Shown here: positions 11,758 to 25,459 of the stretch, piece by piece
Layout: each line of letters begins with the position of its first letter
How positions within the stretch are numbered: the stretch's first letter is position 1
From: Selaginella moellendorffii
Lineage: Eukaryota > Plantae > Lycopodiophyta
Reading direction: 5' to 3'
Length of the DNA: 64,000 nucleotides
Assembly (NCBI RefSeq): GCF_000143415.4
Contig: NW_003314340.1
Location: 800,161 to 864,160 of the forward strand
Program-made: the position numbers and the translations under genes
The notes under the pieces: model-generated
What the model was told of the DNA's origin: nothing
Seen by the model: only the letters and a program-made list of their open reading frames with translations
Databases searched by the model: none

Positions 11758-12676
11758 TCAGCACGCAGGAACCTTCTTTCCATCCTCAATGAAGTAAATA
11801 GCTGACTCAGGGATCTGTATAATCAAATCGATTTAGCACATTGCATGAGAAAAACGTAGCTTACATTCTGCCATGTTTCTGTGATGAACTCTACGATATC
11901 TAGTAGAATGTCTCCTTGCACATCGATTTGCTCTTTCTCGGTAGGACCCTAGTCATCCAGAGAAAAAGGAACTTATCTTCAAATCCAAGCAGGCCCGAGG
12001 GAATACAAACCTTCACGACCGAAGCACCGCTTGCAAACTTCTTTCCAAGTTTCTTCGAAGCGTCAGCAAGCTTGACACCTACATTACAATGTCGAGAGAT
12101 CAAAACAAAAGCAATAGAAGCTGCCTACCAAACATGTCGAGGCCTTTGATCGTTGTCAAGCACTTTCTCTTGTTCCTGGTAACTCTCTCTACCAACACTT
12201 CAAGCTTTTCCTGCACACAACATCGTAAAGAACTTCCAAAATCACAAAACTTCTCACCTTCTTTTTGATTTTTCCTCCCGGCAACCTCTTGATCTCCTCC
12301 TCTACACGTAGAATAGAAAAAAACGAGTTAACAAAAAAGAAGCACAGCTCTAGAGCAAGAGCATGGATTACCTTGCGTTTTAGAGCTATTCCCCACATCC
12401 GATACTGTCATTCCTCCCAGCTGCTGAGCAATCTTCTCTGTAAGGAAACAAAGAAACAGAGCAAAGATTTAAGCCTCTAGAAGGGAAAAAAAAAACGCTT
12501 TACGCTGCCTTTCACAAGCTCGGGGTACAAATCCGAGGCATTCTCCACAAGCCATGGCTTGCATTTCTCGAAATCCGGCCCAAACTCGCAGTACTCCGGT
12601 GGCAAGCTACACACTGCTGAAACAAAATCACGAATCGAGCGAATCTACAAGAGAACATACCTCCGCAATACAGCAT
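11758..12676 (-). CDS. DENR: Density-regulated protein / TMA22 (SUI1 domain), multi-exon; start uncertain
   Basis: LYCG|VCSLPPEYCEFGPDFEKCKPWLVENASDLYP, EIKRLPGGKIKKK, VKLADASKKLGKKFASGASVVK, ending ...IYFIEDGKKVPAC*. Confidence 0.92.
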
Positions 12677-12827
12677 TTTGATCTTCCACGCGAAGAACCC
12701 TAACAGCTTCCCTTTAACAGGCACCGCCCCGTTAGCGCAAATGCCGTCAACGTGTCGCCATCGGGGCCGTTGATTTAGGGTTGCCGGTTATAAATTGAGA
12801 AGGGGGCAAAGAATGCTTGGGCTTGGC

Positions 12828-13644
12828 GATGGCTATGGCGACGAAGATGACGCGCGCGTGGGTTTGGATCGCTGTCGCAGCGATGCTCCTTGCATGCCGT
12901 GTGGGTGAGGCGAGTCGATTTGGTAGGGATAGGAGGATCGAATTTGGGGGCGGCAAGCGCGTGTCCTCGCTGGTGGGCGGCTGGAGCGCGATCGATCCCA
13001 AGGACCCCAATGTCGTCACGCTTGCGAAATTTGCAGTCCACGAGCACAACAAGAAGCTGGTAAGCCATCATATCCTTCTTCTTGGCGCTTGAGTTTGTTT
13101 TCTATGATTTCTTTGGTAGATCATAGAGTGAAAGTTGTTGTGATCTTTCTTTGGTTGCCTAGCTATACAAAATGTGGACTCCTATTTCCTTAGCTTCTTT
13201 GCGCTTTGAGTTTTCTTTCTTCTTCTTCTTCCTTTGTTTCTTTGGTAGATCATAGAGTAAAATTGTGATCTTCTCCTCCATTTCTTTGGTTGCCTAGCGA
13301 CACAAAATGTGGACTCCTATAATTTCCTTGGCTTCTTTGCTTTGCTTTGCTTCTCCTATGACTTAGCCATCGAAAATGGTGGACTTCCCTTAGTTTTCTT
13401 CCAGATTGGAAATGTGGAAGCTTATATAACTTGTGATTCTTCCTTCCAGAGTGGCCATGGGACGCTCTTGTACTCCAAACTGGTGGAAGCGAAGAGCCAA
13501 GTAGTGTCCGGAGTGATGTATCTCCTCACGGTCGAGGCGACGGATAGCAAGAACAGTGTTTGCAGCTACGAGGCCAAAGTTTGGGTGAAAGAGTGGGAGA
13601 ACTTCCGGAGATTGATGTCGTTTGATCCAGTGACTAAATCTTAG
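12828..13644 (+). CDS. Secreted phytocystatin, 2 exons (12828-13060, 13451-13644)
   Basis: Signal peptide, LVGG, LAKFAVHEHN (LARFAV motif), QVVSG (QxVxG), VWVKEW; TATAAAT at ~12789. Confidence 0.92.
13108..13340 (+). repeat. Intronic two-copy duplication in the cystatin gene
   Basis: tttctttggtagatcatagagt...tttctttggttgcctagc...caaaatgtggactcctat occurs at ~13108 and ~13237. Confidence 0.8.
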
Positions 13645-16080
13645 GCAGCACTAGCGGCGGCAAAGATGGAAAAAAATAACTCAAAAACAGGTTCTCCAGT
13701 TCTAAGTTTTTGTTCTAATCCAGAGAATTGTTGCTCGGTGTTCCTTCGCGGCCATTTCACGGGCATTAAATAAAAACATTGGCAGTTTCCCGGGATAAGT
13801 ATGAGTTGCCAATTTCAGCCGCAGTGGAGCACATATCCACAGCAAACCAAACACTTTTACCCACGTAGCGAATAGTTTGATTCCTTGTTCATAGTGCTTG
13901 CCAACTTTTCCAATGTATATATATGCCAATGATTGTGTTGGAATCACGATCACCACCATGACACGCTACTTACAAACCACATTCTTGACATGACGAAGTC
14001 ATGATTTATTTCGATAATTCAATGTTCTAGCTTGTACATTCTAGGTATATTCACTATGATCTTTCAGCCTTGTTTAGATTTAATAAATACTAAACCATAC
14101 GCATGAGAATAGTATTTGACCCATTTTGTAAGGTCTCGTACTAATGCAGTGGCAAATGCTTGACAAAATTTCGTATGAAAAGTTTCTGGGCACGTAGCAG
14201 AATCTAGAGCTCACAGCGAACCAAGCACACGTTTTTTTGTAGCGTGAGCCAAAAGCATGGATAAATGTATGAACAACTTCGGTCCTTTGGTGAGTGGATT
14301 GTCAAATCGTCCCTGAAGTTTTGTCCGCTTTCCTTGGCCTTTGTAAAATAGTTCTCAAAACATGAAACAGCAGGAAAATAACTGATCAAATCATATAGAT
14401 CTAAACAAGATATAGTCAAAGCGTCGCATTCGCAGGAATTCCGCAGAGCCCAGAGCCCAGAGCCAAAGTGCCACATAAACGCAGCGATCTTTCAGTCAGG
14501 ATCTTGTGGCAGCGATCATATGGACCAAAAGGCTGGAGTTGCAGAGAAGCTCTAATCAAAAGAACAGTAATTCAAAATCAGGCAAACAGGAAAACAGGGG
14601 GAACTTAGCAGGGAGAACTTGGCAGGGCAGTGACCTTCTGTCCGACACAGGGTCAAGTATCTTCGATAATTCTCTCTGAAATTATTGTTCCATGCTGTGC
14701 TGGTGTGTGTGCGTTCAAGAACGAGAAAAAGGGGAAAGAAAAAGATTGGATACTTTATTTCTACAGAACAATGCTTTCACATTTAAAGAGCACACACCCC
14801 AATGCTCCAACACTGATCTTAATATTTTTCTTTCGACCACGTACTGCCAGCAAGCTGGACCGGTGTTAATTTTTGTTATTTTTCAGCCAAATTTACAATC
14901 CAACAAAGCAAATTCGTTAGCAAAACTAGCCGGTTCATAAATCTCTTTCCTTGTCATAAATCTCGTGAAATGGCACACAAGAGACTTTCCAGTACGAAAG
15001 CGTACGAAAGCGAAGGGGTGGCGGCGGCGATGAATCCAGGGATAAGTTTCCTCCCAGCTTTATGTTTAGTTGTATCATGTACTTGCCTTGGCCTTAAAAC
15101 CAAGTCATGCTAAATTGGAACAAACTCAGAGGCAATGGATTTGACCCACTTGATCAGGGTTACAGAACGGTGTGCCACTCTTACGGAACTTTTTAACGGT
15201 GATTGTGTCGAAAGCTTTTGTTGAATTCGAGCCTGTAACTTTGAAGATAATAATTCTGATATTAGTAATATAATACTGTACAAAACGCACAGGATGATTC
15301 AAGCATGTAGCAGATCTATCAACTTGCATTTGCATTGGACACAGGTCAGAGGGAAATGAATCTAAATGATAATTCATGTGCTAAAAATACAAAACAAATA
15401 GCAAGAGTTTGTACAGTATGGGTCTCTACTACTCCTCCTGTCCATCTTACTGAGGGAGTGACGCACCACCTTTGTGCAACGTAAGACTCTGCTGGGTCAA
15501 ATTTATTACTAGCCAGTTCTCCATGTTGAGTCTAGAGAGAAAAAATCCAAAAAAATAAAGCGCTCTAGAAACATCCAAACTGGAATCTCAGTTGGCAAGA
15601 TCAAAAGACTGAAACTTTTCCATTCGACTAAAAGTGAGTTACCATTCTCAGAGCTTCTATTTTGTCTAGTATAAACTTCATTTCACAAGAGCTCAGGAAC
15701 CAAAGAGGGGAAAACGAAAACAGGCCCACGACCCGAAAAATCCAAGCTGAGAGGTTGTAGTTTTGGAGAATGGAGACGACGGTCTTCGTCCCTGCATACT
15801 CTGGGCCTAGCACATGTATGAAGCTCGTAGGGCAAAGCATAGATTTGTGCCAGCAGCATCAGTCCAAGCATCCTTTCCAATTCAACATTCTTCTGCCAAG
15901 AACAAGAAGAAAATAAAAAAGAGAAAAGAAGCCAGCGAATTCCACCTATAGAGATCACCATTGCTCCTCTCGGGAGGCACGAAGCGCAAGAAGTATAGAG
16001 CCAGGCACTTACAATCCCCGTAGCTTTCATTAGCAGGCTTTGGGACGATACTGCGTTTGCCTAGAGCGTAGCTTTGTCAC

Positions 16081-17072
16081 TCAAGATAGATTGAGCTCCT
16101 CAAAGTTCCACAGTCTAATCTCCTCGTCTACTTCCACTTCCACCACGCTCAATCCTCCTTCCCACATCGGCGGGGGAGCAACGAGCAAAGCCTGCGCCAT
16201 ATGCGATAGCATGACGCTCGGCATCATAAACACGAGATCTTCGTCCACATAGTTGATCACGGTGGTAGCAGTAGACGTTGTAGAAGTGCTAGAGCCACTC
16301 GACTCGAGCTGCAAAATCGATTTTTGCTGGCTCGTCGCCGGGGGTATCGATTCCACCGCTGATGAAGCGAGCACTCCCGCGGCTACTTTGGGCTCTTGGA
16401 ACTCTTGGAACTCTTCGTTCTTGGTGTGATCTTCGACGAATGCAAACGCTGCAGCCACCGCGGCCTCTTGAATCGCCTTTGGAGACAAGGCCGAGGGGCG
16501 AGGGAGCGAGTCGGCCGACTCTGGAAAGTTGAGGAGCGCGGCGTCGCCCTTGAGGCTCAAGGCCGCCACGTCGTGAGCTCGGGCCGCCATCTCGGGTGTT
16601 GGAAACGATCCCAGCCATATCCGCGACTTTTTCTTGGGCTCGCGGATCTCCGACACCCATTTCCCCCAGCTCCTGCGCCGGACCCCTCTGTACACCCGGT
16701 GGTGTGCTCCGGAGCTTCCAAAAGATGGTTTTTCCTTGGCTTCCTCCATAGGCTGAGCATGGCTTCCTGTCCTCGTCTTCGCTTTCTTCGTGGCCTCGCT
16801 CGCCAGCTCGCTCAAAAATCTCTTTTCGGGATGCTTGGACGAGCGGTTCGCCTCTGCAAGCACAGAAAAGATGTGAGACCAAATGGAAGACCTTTGTACC
16901 ATACCATACCATTACTGCTCAAAGCGATGGCGGATTCTTTCTCGGTGTGATGGTGATGATTACATTGCAACCTTAGAATTCCTGGAGTGGAGCTCGAGGA
17001 CGAGAATCGGGAAGAGCAACAAGTATCCGGAGACTTCGTTTGTCGCCACCAATGTGACTTTGCTTCACCCAT
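16081..17072 (-). CDS. AP2/ERF transcription factor, DREB A-4 (TINY-like); probable 56-nt intron 16909-16854
   Basis: [49 protein letters not shown] and C-terminal LWNF. A GTATGG...TTGCAG intron joins MGEAKSH...SSN in frame to EANRSSKH. Confidence 0.9.
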
Positions 17073-18174
17073 TGGATCAAACCAACAACTTGGGCACCGC
17101 GGAGCAGCACTGCCTTTGCTCTGCTCGAATGCAATCTTTGGAAAGCTTCACTGCCGCTACAGCCCCTGCTACTACTGCTGCCCGAGCGCAATTCTCCCCT
17201 TTCAGGCATGGACGATTTCTCCACGACAAGGAGGGAGCTTAAATGCTCTCAATTGCCACGGAGATGACCCGGAATGGCACACATCACCTCCAGAAAAAAA
17301 AGAAAAAAGAAAAAAAACACGAAAACAAAAAGCCTCAGTAAATATAAAGAGGGAAGGAACGAAAAGAAAAAACAATGAAAAGCATCCAAATCAATGTCAA
17401 GGTGGTCAGCCAAAGAACCGTATACTCCAGCGTACCTTATTTACATGCATTGAAGAGGTAGAAAGCCATGAACTGGGACGAGGAGACGCTTCAAGCAAAC
17501 TTTGCATGGCTGCAAGAAGCAACATGATAATTCCACAGAGCTGGGACCCTTTTGCCAATATACTCCCGTGCAAAATAACTGCCACTTGAAAAGGTAACGT
17601 TTTTAAAGTTCCCGGATCTGGATCCACAGAGAAAATACACGATTACCAAACTCGAAAGTGGAAAGATTATGAAATACCTTTGTTCCAGGCTCACAACAGA
17701 AAAGGTGTTTATTTTAAGCCCCTGCAGGAAAAACACGATTAGAGTTATGTAATACCTTTGTTTCAGGCTCTGGCAATGAAAGCGCCTTGTTTGATTTTTT
17801 TTCTTCTTCCACGCAGATGTTTCTTCGCATGGGATTTCCAAATGTCTGACTTTAAACATGGCATCTTTGGACGTAGCATCTGTGAAAGAGAAGTGACCGC
17901 TTACTCAACATCTCGTGAGCTGGATCCTCTAAAAAATTCCTGGGCGAAGAAGGGGGGCACAGGTGGAGAAAGAGAAAGAAAGCTCTAGCCTTTACGACGG
18001 CCTAGCCACAAGTTGTAGTGGCGAGAAGACCAACAACTTTTCGATACTCCCTCTCACTTTTCTATCAGATTTTATGTGATCAATATAGGCAAGCACACCG
18101 TAGCTTGCAGAACTTTTCGAGCGTCCCAGGGAGAAAAAAGATTATTGTAATCGGTGAGTGACCAGCGATCGAGA

Positions 18175-18921
18175 TCATGAATCTCGCCATCGGTAACCAC
18201 AATTGGGATTGCAACAGACAAAGAAAAGAGTCATCCCCTCCTCTCCTCTTGTGGTTGCCTAGCGGAAGAAAAAAAAATCAAGAGACCGCAAAAAAGAAAC
18301 CACGTAAACATTCCAACTTTCAAGCCGTGGATGAAAGCAAGCTAAGAGAAAAAACAAGAAAGAAAATAAACAAGGAGAGGCACAAACCTGAAAGAAGACG
18401 GCTTCTCCGTGCTTGCATCTGACGCATCGAACAGATTTTGTACGCGGTAGCGTAGGATCCGACGCAACGTCCTGCAAGACTTGCGTACGCTCCCCAGCGC
18501 TGTGATGGACTTCGTTCCTGTACACGCAGTTATTGTCCGCTACTTCCTGACCAGTAGCGAAAGTTTCACAATCACCAGGAAGAAGATCAAGGAGATCAGT
18601 GAAATGCGTGACTGGATCTCTAAAGAATCAAAGAGATCTTACTTGGTGGTCGCAGTTCCGACAGGCATACAGCAAGATCTTTTGATCCCGGTCCTCCTTG
18701 GGATACAGGATGTTGTTACTGCAAGAGGGGATCCAAAGCCTTTCAATGCCACGAGCAAAAACCACACTTTCAATGCGACGAGCATTCATTCGTTCGAGAA
18801 AATCAATGAATTTCCCGACACCCAATGCGGAGTTACACAAGATGCCGCCGAGCGCGAGCTCCAGCGACGCGAGACGAGCAAACCCAACTCACCATTCCCG
18901 GCAGAACTTCATGGTACTCAT
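18175..18921 (-). CDS. NRPB9: RNA polymerase II/IV/V subunit 9, 4 exons
   Basis: [10 protein letters not shown]|[25 protein letters not shown]|...[24 protein letters not shown]|...[16 protein letters not shown]. Confidence 0.96.
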
Positions 18922-18987
18922 CCTTGCGGGAGTTTCCTTTTCCCCTTTGCACGTTAGGGCTGGGAAGTAACAGTGATAAACCCTAAT

Positions 18988-20790
18988 TACGTGTGCATGA
19001 GGTTTTCTTTCAAGCATTTGTCTATCTCTGTTTCCAGCTTGATTTCGAATCTCTCCAGTCCATGAGTCTCGACATCTCTACGTCAAAGGTGGGTCATTGA
19101 TCAAGGCCAAAACCTTTGCTCTCTCTCTCTCTCTCTCTCTCTCTCGCCTCTCCCTCCATTCTTGAGTGCGAGACCCACGAGAGAGCGGCTGGCAACTCGC
19201 TTGTTTCAAGAGACAATGAACGCAGTCAAGTGTACGAATGCCGCCACGCCCTCACAGCTGTTTTCTTTAGAAAAAACTTACACGAATCAGGACGTGAAAT
19301 CACTACTTTGGTTTTTAGTATGATTTTTTGTAGAAGCTCACAAATCCCCAAACAGTCAGGCCAAAAAGTGCTGCTTTGTTTGGACCGTGCAGTTAAAAAT
19401 CACGACTTTAATGGAGACGCAGAGAACGCAATATGAATGGCAGGAAGACCATCCTCGAATCTTCATACACGGCATTGCCACGGCAAAAAGAAAAGTAGAT
19501 ATTACCCTTGAATCACTGCAAAGTTTTAGTTCGGTCATCTTCCAGCAAAAGCAAGGAGTTTAACACAGCGATGTAGATTGCCAGACGTTCAAGCGCTTAG
19601 TATATAATTTGTCTTGTATCAATGCGTTATGGTCATTAGTATAATATAATATATCGATTTGATTAATGAACTCCTTTATCTTAAAACCAAGTCTTGCAAG
19701 TTTTTTAGAAAATTTCAGGCGGTGGCGCTAGAAACATGGGGGCTGCTCTTATTGGGGGTGATGCTTTGCTTTGCTCGCCGCTGAAGAAGTTCAAGAAATT
19801 CAAGCACATGAACAATGCCGAGCTCGACGTTCTTTCTTCCACACACCGGACGGGGTTAGCATTTTGGAGGATTGGAGCCCGGTTCCTGGAGAATGATCGC
19901 GATGTTGCCAACTTGGGCAAACTTGGACTCGGAGCCTGAAACCAAGTTAGTGCTTCTTTTGAAGAGCTTGGATGAAAAATAAATCGCTCAAAGAGCTACC
20001 TGATTTACAACCTATAGTACGTGTGCATGACGAGGTTTTCTTTCATCATGAAACCAATTATAGCTGGAACTCTGAAGGAAGATTCTCTATCATCACAGAA
20101 AGCCTAGTTCCAGTCTACTTGTGACGTTTTGTTTCTATGTCCAGCCCAATTACAATGGGCTGTGTCTCCTCTTTCTTTCTCTTCCAGCTTGAATTCTAAT
20201 CACTCTAGCCCAGAAGTCTTCATCGATCCTCCATCGCTACGTCAGAGGTGGGTCAAAAGCCAGCATTGCTGTGATTGGATCAAAAGCCAATAACCTTTCG
20301 CTCTTGCTTGTCACTCTTTCCCTCCCTTGACAAGGACAAGCCTAAATTTTCATTAATGTAGTTTTTGAGTCCCACTAGCCAGCGATTCGCTGGCTGACTG
20401 GCAACTCGGTTGTTTCAAGAGACAAAGAACAAATTGACAACACTATACACTCTCACAGCTGTTTGCTTTAGAAAATCAGGCAGAAACTTCACGAATCACG
20501 ACGATACTAATGAAATCCACTACATTGTTTAGCATGATTTTCTGTAGAAGTCCCAATCCCAAAACAAATGTCTGCTTGCGTCAGGGAGGATGGACGGACC
20601 CTCGTCAGGCCAAAAAGCGCTCCTTTGTTTGGACTGTGTCCATCCAATTAAAAACCCACGACTTTTATGGCCGAGAGATGCAATTTGCAATGGCAGGAAG
20701 ACCATCCTGGAATCTTCACACACGGCATGCCATAGCACCAATAGGAACCTTAGATCGATTGGTTATCCTTGAATCTCTGCAAATTTATAG
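18988..20790 (+). repeat. Diverged direct duplication of a non-coding module (18988-19540 vs 20018-20790)
   Basis: Collinear shared blocks: tacgtgtgcatga, ttccagcttga, ctacgtca.aggtgggtca, ctggcaactcg.ttgtttcaagagacaa, ctcacagctgttt, tcaggccaaaaag, aatggcaggaagaccatcct.gaatcttca. Confidence 0.85.
19117..19146. repeat. (CT)n microsatellite
   Basis: Direct reading of the sequence. Confidence 0.9.
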
Positions 20791-21488
20791 TGTACTCCTC
20801 CACGATCATCTTGCTTTGTGTGGCGTTGCCATGTTTCCGGGTCAGCTCCAAAGCAACCAATCACGAAACTACGCCCCTCCAAACAACACAGAGCTCCACT
20901 CAAATCAAATCCTTGTAGTTAATGACCCCACAATGACATTGCTTCATAATCAACTCAATACTATACTGCCAACCATGAGTTCCACACAAATCACCAGCTG
21001 TTAAAACCCCTTTGGTGATTCCTCTCTCCGTACACGGTAGGACCGGAGCGTTTTAGTGACGATCGATCCCGGGGAGACATGGGGCCGTACCTTGGCCCCC
21101 AGATCGCGAATTCTTTCCAGCCGCCAGCATCTTGCTGGGTTGTTAATACAGCTCGAGGCCAACTTGGCGTGCAGGAACACGCAGCCACACGAAACATTGT
21201 AATGCGGGCAAATCAACCATAGGACCAAATGGTGACGCGATTAAAAAACTATCTGACCTTGCAAAAAGGTGACATGGGGTCCCAGGAGTGATTTTCCTTC
21301 CAACTGTCAACAAGCCAGGAATTATCCACACTACGCTCTAGAGCGCGTGGAAGAGAACGCGTTGGAGTCCACAAGTATATAAGCCCTTGCGGGAGGGATT
21401 TCGTGAGAGAGAGCGCTTTGACCTAAAAGTTCCTGGAAAGGGCGAAAAAAACCACTCCCGCCACATTTGGGGAAAATTTTGGTGCCAC

Positions 21489-22550
21489 ATGGTGGCCGGG
21501 GATTTGTCCCCTGATTTAGGGCGCCCCAAATTTAGGGTTCCCACTAGCAGCGCTTCTTCCTCCTCGAGCGAGGCGGCGGGGGCGTCCATCGACGAGGGCT
21601 TCTCCGCGCCCGCCGCCACCGATGTGATCTCCTTTGATGAGTTTCTTCTCAGCGCGATACGAGGCAACCGCGAGCAGCAACCGCAGCAGCGGAGGAATCG
21701 GCGGCGGCACTCCACCGCGGCGGGGTCTCCGGGCAACAGCTCCGAGGAGAGCGACGATCGCGAGGGCGGCGATGGCGGCAGGAGCCGCCGGCGCCGCAAG
21801 AGCTCCGACGACGCTTCTCTCGGGGGCGGTGGTAGCAGCACGACCTCCCCCAGCGCCGCGCAGGTCTCGGGCGAGGAATCGCCGGGATTTCTAGCGCCCC
21901 AGCAGCAGCAGTCGGATCAGGAGACCCAGCACCCACTCTATCGAGGGATCCGGCGGCGCAGCTGGGGCAAATGGGTCTCGGAGATCCGGGAGCCCAAGAA
22001 GAAGACGCGCATTTGGCTGGGATCCTTCCCCACGCCGGAGATGGCCGCTCGAGCTTACGACGTGGCCGCGATCAGCCTCAAGGGTCCCAAGGCCGTGCTC
22101 AATTTCCCCGAGTTCGCGTATTCGCTTCCACAGCCGGCTATGGTGTCGCCCAAGTCGATCCAGCAGGCCGCCGCTGCCGCCGCCCTGGCATTTAGCTCCT
22201 GTTCTCTGGGAACTTCCTCCTCGTCGCCCACGAAAGCATCGTATCGGAGCTCCCTTGCATCGTCCACCTCGTCCCAGCAGTACCACTACTCGAAATCGCC
22301 CGAGAATGTGGCAAAGCCCTGTTCTTCCTCCCAGGGATCGCGATCAGGCGGCGATTTGGCACCGGCATTGCCTCCGATTAGCGAGGGCCAGGTGAATTAC
22401 GTGGACGAGGATATGATCTTCAACATGCCGGATGTAGTCACGGATATGGCTCAAGCGATGCTTCTCGCGCCGCCGCGATTGAGCCAAGAACAGAGTGACG
22501 AGGAGGATGAATCGGGCGAGGAGGCATCGATTTGGAGCTATCGAGACTGA
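21489..22550 (+). CDS. AP2/ERF transcription factor, DREB A-4 (TINY-like), intronless
   Basis: [44 protein letters not shown] and C-terminal IWSY; TATA box at ~21376; first ATG at 21489. Confidence 0.93.
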   Translation: MVAGDLSPDLGRPKFRVPTSSASSSSSEAAGASIDEGFSAPAATDVISFDEFLLSAIRGNREQQPQQRRNRRRHSTAAGSPGNSSEESDDREGGDGGRSRRRRKSSDDASLGGGGSSTTSPSAAQVSGEESPGFLAPQQQQSDQETQHPLYRGIRRRSWGKWVSEIREPKKKTRIWLGSFPTPEMAARAYDVAAISLKGPKAVLNFPEFAYSLPQPAMVSPKSIQQAAAAAALAFSSCSLGTSSSSPTKASYRSSLASSTSSQQYHYSKSPENVAKPCSSSQGSRSGGDLAPALPPISEGQVNYVDEDMIFNMPDVVTDMAQAMLLAPPRLSQEQSDEEDESGEEASIWSYRD

Positions 22551-23196
22551 TCCTCGACCACACTCGATCTCGTGGGAGGCAATCGGTAGCCTTAGATCTT
22601 GCGCGAGCGATTGAAACGCTAGAGAGAAAATCTAGTGTAAAATATTTCTATTTGGGATGAACACGAAGAACAGTTTAGCTAGATACGCTCCTAATCGTGT
22701 TTGTTATATCTTAAGCGGGCTAGATAATGCATGCTTGTTATATTTAAGTGTTTTTATTATATCTTAACCCGCCAGGACACACACGTTTGCATTAGCGAGC
22801 CACTTATCCAAATACAAGGAAGCTTCATGGTGGGCCGGGTAATTTCCTGGAAGCTGCTTGTGAAGAATCACGTGTTTAAAGGACAATGGGAGATTTATTT
22901 GTGTGTGTGTGGAGATACGGCATAGCTGTGTCCAAGAAGCAAACAAACAAAGTCGCCGGGCAACTTGCTAAATTAGATGCCGCGAAGATTCGTTCGTTCC
23001 AATGGAATCTTTACAAAAATGCATGGAGGAAGAAGAAAGGAAGGTGTGTAGAAAAACTGAAGATTCGATTCTATGATCGTGGAAAGCTCTCATCCAGAAA
23101 GCCGTGATTGACCGCTTCAAAGATATGGCACTAAAAAGGCGGAAGTTTTCAAAGTAAGAAAGATAAAAAGGAGTCGTTTGTTTGTTTGCCCTGGCT

Positions 23197-24623
<1,427 letters not shown>

Positions 24624-25459
24624 ATGGAATGTAAGTCTCTGAAGATTTCTAAATGCGTCTTTTCTTTCTAACCGTCGTATCCACTCGCGGAATGAGAGTG
24701 TTCTTAGCACATACACGGTGTAAAGGATTGTACACGCTCCCGAAGTATAGCGTTTAGCTCGCTACACAGGTTGCATCCCGTTCCACAGCGGGTGTTTAGA
24801 AAGAGGATCTGCCAGGTGGTTGATAATGATCGGCATTCCTGACGAAAAAGTTTCTTTGACGGAAGAAGCAGACGATTTTTGGACGATGAGGTACGTTTTC
24901 TTCTATGATCAAAGTTCTCGATCACCTTAAAACTCTTTCAGGGACGACCAAAATAAACGCCGGCGTTTAAATAGGCCTCAGCGGATGGTTTAGAAACTGA
25001 ATAGCGCCGTTTCGATTCGAGCGCTTAGAAAACAAGCCATGTTTCGATCTTTGGAGAGATCAGCTCTCTCGGAAGCTGGTTCTGGATTTGTGGTGACTAT
25101 GGGGCTTGGGTAAGTTCCACTTGCGTTTGTTGATTTCGAAGTTGAGATTTGCGTCTTGCAGTTGCAGATTTTTTTTGTCGGCGAACCAGTGCACGGGAGC
25201 AATTTTGGATGACCCATTATCTCCATTGACAAGTAAGGTACTCGTTCCTTGGACCGCCTTCTTGGGTGTCCAAAGAGAAACGAAGGGCATGGAGATCTAA
25301 TTATGTAAGTGAATTAGAATGTACCCTGGCTTGACGAGTAGCTCCGTGTCTCGACAAGAATGTCCTGGAGAAACGAGCTGGAATGATGAAATGTGGTGCG
25401 AGACCAGGAGCCCCAAGCAGCGTAAGAAGTAATTCTACTCTTTTCTCGGTTCTGACGTT

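Noticed and set aside
13575-13600. Cystatin second loop reads EW instead of PW
   Set aside because: A single substitution within the variation expected for phytocystatins; the Trp and QxVxG are intact
13700-15600. Search for miRNA or snoRNA precursors in long intergenic tracts (also 31000-32100 and 39350-39950)
   Set aside because: No conserved mature miRNA sequence, long fold-back or convincing box C/D pair seen by eye; folding and sRNA data would be needed
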